NCBI RefSeq assembly: GCF_000025945.1
Contig: NC_006138.1
Span: 3,090,001 to 3,122,000, forward strand
DNA length: 32,000 nt
Source of the DNA: Desulfotalea psychrophila LSv54
Lineage (GTDB): Bacteria; Desulfobacterota; Desulfobulbia; Desulfobulbales; Desulfocapsaceae
Direction: 5' to 3'
The first letter of the stretch is position 1. Each line of letters starts with the position of its first letter. Positions 28,040 through 32,000 of this stretch are shown here, one piece after another. The notes beneath the pieces were generated by a model that worked only from the letters and a program-made list of their open reading frames with translations, made no database searches and was not told the DNA's origin. A program made the position numbers and the translations under genes.

Positions 28040-28504
28040 CTATCCTTCTGTTAGCACCTGGTCAAATGCCAAAGCATTTTCATCACAATTTGGAAATTTA
28101 GGACAGTGCAGACAATCACTCCATATCTTATGGGGTAGATCTTTTTTATCAATATCGTAAAAACCGAGTCTTCGAAAAAAGGCGTCTTGATAGGTGAGGG
28201 TGAAAATTTTTGTTATCTTAAAGGCACGGGCCTCAGCCAAACAGGTTTCGACAAGTTGGCGCCCAATCCCTCTACCCTGCGCCCCATCTACCACGGCAAG
28301 CGATCTGATCTCGGCTAAATTTTCCCAGGAAATCTGCAGGGCACAAACGCCGACCACCTCTCCATCCTCCTCGTAAACAACAAAATCACGTATTTTATCA
28401 TAAAGAGAGCTAATCGACCGGCCAAGAAGTACCCCTCGTTCAGCAAAATCATTTAACAAACTATGAATATGTGGCACATCTGCCATTGTGGCATTACGTA
28501 TCAT
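28040..28504 (-). CDS. GNAT-family N-acetyltransferase (short, ArgA-like) with a C-terminal Cys cluster
   Basis: Acetyl-CoA loop QGRGIGRQL and C-terminal CLHCPKFPNC. I chose ATG 28504 (MIRNATMADV), which has a GAAGGAA upstream. The ORF-track ATG at 28525 has no SD. Confidence 0.83.
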   Translation of the reverse strand: MIRNATMADVPHIHSLLNDFAERGVLLGRSISSLYDKIRDFVVYEEDGEVVGVCALQISWENLAEIRSLAVVDGAQGRGIGRQLVETCLAEARAFKITKIFTLTYQDAFFRRLGFYDIDKKDLPHKIWSDCLHCPKFPNCDENALAFDQVLTEG

Positions 28505-28565
28505 ACCCGTTCCTTCTATACCCATTCTTTACATGGAGTTAAAAACTTTAGTTACCCTGTTACTC

Positions 28566-28690
28566 AATAAAAGAGGTGCTGAACCAGAGATGTGCTGTTT
28601 TGGCAAGCACTGAGTGACAGGCCCGGAGGCAGAAACCCAGACCGCCCGCTCACCTCAAGGTTCAGCTCTGGGGGCATCTGCGCCCCATAC
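28566..28690 (-). ncRNA. Candidate structured RNA or leader (GC-rich island), identity unknown
   Basis: I count 52 G+C in the 80 nt at 28611..28690, while the spacer 28526..28570 is about 30% GC. Visible structure includes the hairpin GGGGC-n6-GCCCC (28671..28686), the 8-bp pairing GCTGAACC/GGTTCAGC (28578..28585 with 28659..28666) and the local hairpin GTGCT...AGCAC (28592..28610). On the minus strand, TATAAA (28700..28695) lies just upstream and CACCTCTTTTATT lies at the 3' end. Confidence 0.25.
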
Positions 28691-28712
28691 GACTTTTATA
28701 CTCAGAACCACA

Positions 28713-28740
28713 GTGCTGACCTTTTTTCAAAGGTCAGCGC
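28713..28740 (-). terminator. Strong hairpin 27 nt after the argS stop
   Basis: On the minus strand: GCGCTGACCTTT-gaaa-AAAGGTCAGCAC, a 12-bp stem including one G-U pair. Only a weak U-rich tail follows (TGTGGTTCT). Confidence 0.5.
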
Positions 28741-28766
28741 CCTTACAGCTTCACCTCTATTCACAC

Positions 28767-30425
28767 CTACATACTCTTTGGTGCAGTCAAACCAATAATG
28801 TGCAAGCCATTTTGCAAGGTCAACTGCAGAGCCTGAATCAAGCAGAGACGAGCCTGACTTAACTCAAGGTCCTCTGTTATCACCTTATGCTTATTATAAT
28901 AGCTATGAAATTGACCAGCGAACTCCATAAGATAATGAATAAACTTATGAGGGGCAAGATCCAGGGCACTGCCCTCAATAGCCGCCGGAAAACCAGACAG
29001 AGTTTTCAGGAGAGCCAACTCTTCCGGCTCCTGTAACCTCTGCAGTAGGCTTGATCCTACCTCTGCCGGCACAATTCCCCTCTCACCACTCTGGGCAAGA
29101 ATAGAGCAGAGACGGGCATGGGCATACTGCACATAATAAACAGGATTATCCTGGCTTTGACTGGTGGCAAGATCGAGATCAAATTCCAGCTGACTATCTG
29201 CCTTACGAAGCATATAGAAGAAACGTAATACGTCTTCCCCTACCACATCGATAAGCTCATCAACAGTAACAAAATTTGCCTTACGGGTCGACATTTTCAC
29301 CTGCTTGCCATCCCGGGTCAGAGTAACAAATTGATGCAAAAGCACGGTAACCTTAGAAGCATCATATCCCAGGGCCTCAACACCTGAGAGAACATCGGGT
29401 ACGGTGGCAATATGATCAGAGCCGAAGATATCAATCAGCCAATCAAAGTTCCGCTTAAACTTCTCACGGTGATAGGCAATATCGGGAAGACGATAGGTGG
29501 GCTCGCCGGTGGATTTAATGATAACACGGTCTTTCTCTTGACCTAACTTTGTAGTCTCAAACCATACTGCGTCATCTTTTTCGTAGACAAGTCCCTTATC
29601 ACGCAACTCCTGAACAACAGAATCAATATGACCATTCTCATAGAGAGAGCGCTCATTGTAGTAATTGTCAAAATGGATGCCCATACGTTCAAGGGTACCA
29701 GAGATATCCTTAAAGATAGCCTTTTCAGCTTGATCTTTAAAGGGTTCTACATCCGGTTCATCCTTTAATTTTTCTCCGTGCTCATCAACAAGGCTCTGAG
29801 CAATATCAATAATATACTCACCCTGATAACCATCCTCTGGAAAAGAGAACTCGGCACCAATAAGCTCAAGATAGCGGGCCCGGGTAGATTCCCCCAAAAC
29901 ACGCATCTGACGGCCGGCATTATTATAATAGTATTCACGAAAAACATCGTGGTTAGTAGCCTCAAGCAAACGGGCAATGGAATCACCGAGAATTGCCTGA
30001 CGGCCATGACCAATAGAGAGAGGGCCCGTAGGGTTAGCGCTGACAAATTCAACCATCACCTTACGACCGGCGCCCACCTGACTGCGACCAAAGTTCTCTC
30101 CTGCAGAAAAGACCTCAGCCAATACCCCGTGCCATACAGCTGGTTGAATGGTGATATTGACAAAGCCCGGGCCTGCAATCTCTACCCCTGCAACAATAGC
30201 AGTTTCCAGGCCAAGCTTTTCGGCAACAATGCCCGCAAGCTCACGCGGATTGCGTTTTTCAATACCTGCAAGCACCAGAGCTATATTGGTCGAAAAATCG
30301 CCCTGCCCCTCATGCTTTGGCAACTCTACGGTATACTTGCCAGCACCACGATCACTCCACGATCCATTGTCTACACCTTCCTGAAAACAACGATCCAAAA
30401 GCTCTTTTAACTGTGAACGAATCAT
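28767..30425 (-). CDS. argS: Arginyl-tRNA synthetase
   Basis: 552-aa ORF with a class I HIGH-type motif (SANPTGPLSIGHGR). It ends ...LTAPKSM, as ArgRS proteins typically do. Confidence 0.96.
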   Translation of the reverse strand: MIRSQLKELLDRCFQEGVDNGSWSDRGAGKYTVELPKHEGQGDFSTNIALVLAGIEKRNPRELAGIVAEKLGLETAIVAGVEIAGPGFVNITIQPAVWHGVLAEVFSAGENFGRSQVGAGRKVMVEFVSANPTGPLSIGHGRQAILGDSIARLLEATNHDVFREYYYNNAGRQMRVLGESTRARYLELIGAEFSFPEDGYQGEYIIDIAQSLVDEHGEKLKDEPDVEPFKDQAEKAIFKDISGTLERMGIHFDNYYNERSLYENGHIDSVVQELRDKGLVYEKDDAVWFETTKLGQEKDRVIIKSTGEPTYRLPDIAYHREKFKRNFDWLIDIFGSDHIATVPDVLSGVEALGYDASKVTVLLHQFVTLTRDGKQVKMSTRKANFVTVDELIDVVGEDVLRFFYMLRKADSQLEFDLDLATSQSQDNPVYYVQYAHARLCSILAQSGERGIVPAEVGSSLLQRLQEPEELALLKTLSGFPAAIEGSALDLAPHKFIHYLMEFAGQFHSYYNKHKVITEDLELSQARLCLIQALQLTLQNGLHIIGLTAPKSM

Positions 30426-30472
30426 AAATAATACACCTTATCTAAAGCACTACGTGAAAGCACATTTTAAAA

Positions 30473-31594
30473 TCAATCTACATACAATCTATTGTTTGTA
30501 TGCCCCAGCATACAAAGTATTTCATAGCTAATGGTATCTGCCCATTCGGCAATATCATCCGCTGTAATTCTCTCATTTCCCTGCTCACCGAGGAGTACGA
30601 CCTCATCCCCTGCCGTCACATTTTCAATATCGGTAACGTCCACAACACAGGCATTCATACATATCTGCCCACGTACAGGAGCCCGCTGACCACGAATCAA
30701 AACCTCGGCCTTATTGGACAGAGACCTACGATAACCATCCTCATACCCCGTTGGCAAAACAGCAAGAAGTGTTGGCCTTTTGGTAATATAGCTATGACCG
30801 TAACTGACGCCTGTTCCGGCGGCCACCTTTTTAACCTGTAAAATTCTGCTACGAAAACTCATGGCAGGAATAAAGGGACTCGTGCCTCCACCCTCTATCG
30901 CACCTGCAGGATGATAACCATAAATACTAATACCCGAACGGCCCATATCAAAAAGAGACTCGGGAAAGTTAAGCACGCCACCGGAATTTGCAAGATGACA
31001 AACAGTTGAAAATTCAGATTTTAAAACCACATCTAAACTTGCAAAGCGACGAATACCATCACGACTTGATGGAGAATTGACAACATCTGCCTCGGGGAAA
31101 TGGCTTAACATTCCGGCAACAAAGACCCCTGAAAGTCGGGAAATATTATGGGCTACGCCAAGTACCTGCTCAGGCTCAAAGCCCAGACGCCTCATACCTG
31201 TATCGACCTTTATATGACAACCTATTTCATAACCACGTTTCACCCCCTCTACAGAAAGGGCCACAATATCTTCATAGCAGTGAACAACGGGGGTTAGCCT
31301 ATAGTCAAACATAAGGCCGACCGCATCCAGATCAAAGCCAAGCATAACAAAGATATCACCGGTAATACCAGCATCTCGCAGGAGGACAGCCTCTCGAATC
31401 TCAGCTACGCCAAAAGAGCTACAGGCAACATCCTGCAGGGCCTTTGCCACCTCAACTGCGCCATGACCATAGGCATCAGCCTTGACCATAGCCATCAGCT
31501 TCCCACCCTGGCCCATCTTGTCCTGCATGGTCTTAAAATTTTTTCTTAAGGCAGAACGACATACAGTCACATTATTAAAGGAATTTCGTTTCAT
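30473..31594 (-). CDS. alr: Alanine racemase
   Basis: 373-aa ORF with the PLP-lysine motif AMVKADAYGHG and a C-terminal beta domain with YGH... Confidence 0.93.
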   Translation of the reverse strand: MKRNSFNNVTVCRSALRKNFKTMQDKMGQGGKLMAMVKADAYGHGAVEVAKALQDVACSSFGVAEIREAVLLRDAGITGDIFVMLGFDLDAVGLMFDYRLTPVVHCYEDIVALSVEGVKRGYEIGCHIKVDTGMRRLGFEPEQVLGVAHNISRLSGVFVAGMLSHFPEADVVNSPSSRDGIRRFASLDVVLKSEFSTVCHLANSGGVLNFPESLFDMGRSGISIYGYHPAGAIEGGGTSPFIPAMSFRSRILQVKKVAAGTGVSYGHSYITKRPTLLAVLPTGYEDGYRRSLSNKAEVLIRGQRAPVRGQICMNACVVDVTDIENVTAGDEVVLLGEQGNERITADDIAEWADTISYEILCMLGHTNNRLYVD

Positions 31595-31697
31595 AATCTT
31601 ATAGCTCCCAGGCCAGAATACACGAATGCATCCGACATATAAAAGTTAAAGTTACATACTCCGACACACCAACAAATGACGCATGAAAATTGTGCAA

Positions 31698-32000
31698 CTA
31701 ACGATTTTGTAACCAGGCCCTCCAGCCATAACGGCTAGAGAAAAATAGAGACCAACCAATGGTACAACAAAAAAATGCCAGATATGATGAAGGCAAAAGT
31801 GACATACGCAACAGAATACCCATGAAAGCCATACAGAAAACAAGTCCCCATGTTTTCCAAGAATATACAGCGCCCAGACAGGTTCCGTCATTGAGCAACA
31901 GTATACGCTGAATGCTCCTACGGGCAGCACGATCAAGAATCAAATACGATTTCAAACTTCCGGATATAATTGCCAGGATAATGATGAGATAAGACGAATG
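31698..32000 (-). CDS. Hypothetical membrane protein (C-terminal 100 codons; the N-terminus lies beyond the right edge)
   Basis: This frame is open to the window edge. My translation is HSSYLIIILAIISGSLKSYLILDRAARRS...WGLVFCMAFMGILL...YLAFFCCTIGWSLFF...LQNR-stop, with three hydrophobic stretches. The ORF track shows only the TTG-initiated part (31698..31955). No family is recognised. Confidence 0.4.
   Translation of the reverse strand, partial: HSSYLIIILAIISGSLKSYLILDRAARRSIQRILLLNDGTCLGAVYSWKTWGLVFCMAFMGILLRMSLLPSSYLAFFCCTIGWSLFFSSRYGWRAWLQNR

Noticed and set aside
28590-28650. A resemblance to the SRP (4.5S) RNA core: gtgctgtttt...gtgacaggcccggaggcagaaacc against the conserved GUCAGGUCCGGAAGGAAGCAGCC.
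   Set aside because: The GGAA tetraloop and the AGCA side of the symmetric loop are missing. I could not build the helix-8 pairing, and the flanks do not form the long closing hairpin.
28571-28672. Three complementary blocks (gaggtg/cacctc, ctgaacc/ggttcag, cagag/ctctg) that at first looked like one long stem.
   Set aside because: The blocks occur in the same order on both sides, so they cannot nest as one hairpin. Only the 8-bp block is unlikely by chance. The 5-6-mers are expected several times in 200 nt.
43-30410. Many ORF-track entries run antisense to, or out of frame within, the large genes. Examples: 43..1198 (+) in rho, 2500..3105 in rluD, 5549..6226 in prs, 8648..9118 in gltX, 10428..10910 in glnS, 16178..16636 in cls, 19088..19585 in the radical SAM gene, 26676..27596 in secA, and 29778..30410 in argS.
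   Set aside because: Each overlaps a gene with clear family motifs. Their translations are low-complexity or rich in Cys/His/Trp, with no recognisable domains and no Shine-Dalgarno.
31652-31936. A 94-aa ORF overlapping the terminal partial gene in another frame.
   Set aside because: It is very rich in Cys/His/Trp and closed upstream. The alternative frame (31698..32000) stays open to the window edge and has more regular TM segments. Confidence is low for both.
1-32000. A search for CRISPR-like spaced repeats, IS or transposase ends, integrase next to the tRNAs, prophage genes, or a compositional island.
   Set aside because: None was found. The only repeats are the tRNA-Gln pair, the 137-bp palindrome and the protein-level MORN units. 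No recombinase flanks the tRNA genes.

Overview
This is a 32-kb stretch of ordinary core chromosome, densely packed with housekeeping genes. From the look of the proteins (CarD/CdnL-like, DUF1844, B12-radical-SAM with a DUF4080-like tail, DcuAB, PPK2) and the moderate GC, I would guess a Desulfobacterota (delta-proteobacterial sulfate reducer) genome, but that is unverified. Gene order, left to right: on the minus strand, rho (partial, absent from the ORF track), coaE, rluD, carD-like, pth, rplY, prs, two identical tRNA-Gln(UUG) genes, ispE and DUF1844. On the plus strand, gltX and glnS. A minus-strand run follows: argJ, a SixA-like phosphatase, a 68-aa Cys protein, a secreted MORN-repeat protein and a DUF4177-like gene. 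Then cls and ppk2 (plus), a B12-binding radical SAM gene (minus), and a TRIC-type channel, a Dcu C4-dicarboxylate carrier and an MFS carrier (plus). The window ends on the minus strand with an MBL-fold hydrolase, a PaaI thioesterase, secA, a small GNAT, argS, alr and a partial membrane protein. I see no CRISPR array, transposase, integrase, phage gene, toxin-antitoxin pair, or recognisable defence or biosynthetic island, so I do not think this window hides a new multi-gene system. Four small-scale items deserve a second look. (i) Three single-base ORF-disrupting lesions sit in dispensable genes: an in-frame TAG in the DUF4177-like gene, a frameshift that removes TM12 of the MFS carrier, and a frameshift in a C-run that replaces the usual cardiolipin-synthase C-terminus. 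(ii) A ~137-bp imperfect inverted repeat lies between convergent genes. (iii) A ~120-nt GC-rich, hairpin-rich island in the AT-rich argS/GNAT spacer looks like an unannotated structured RNA. (iv) A tandem identical tRNA-Gln pair is embedded in the ispE-prs operon, close to an adjacent gltX-glnS pair.
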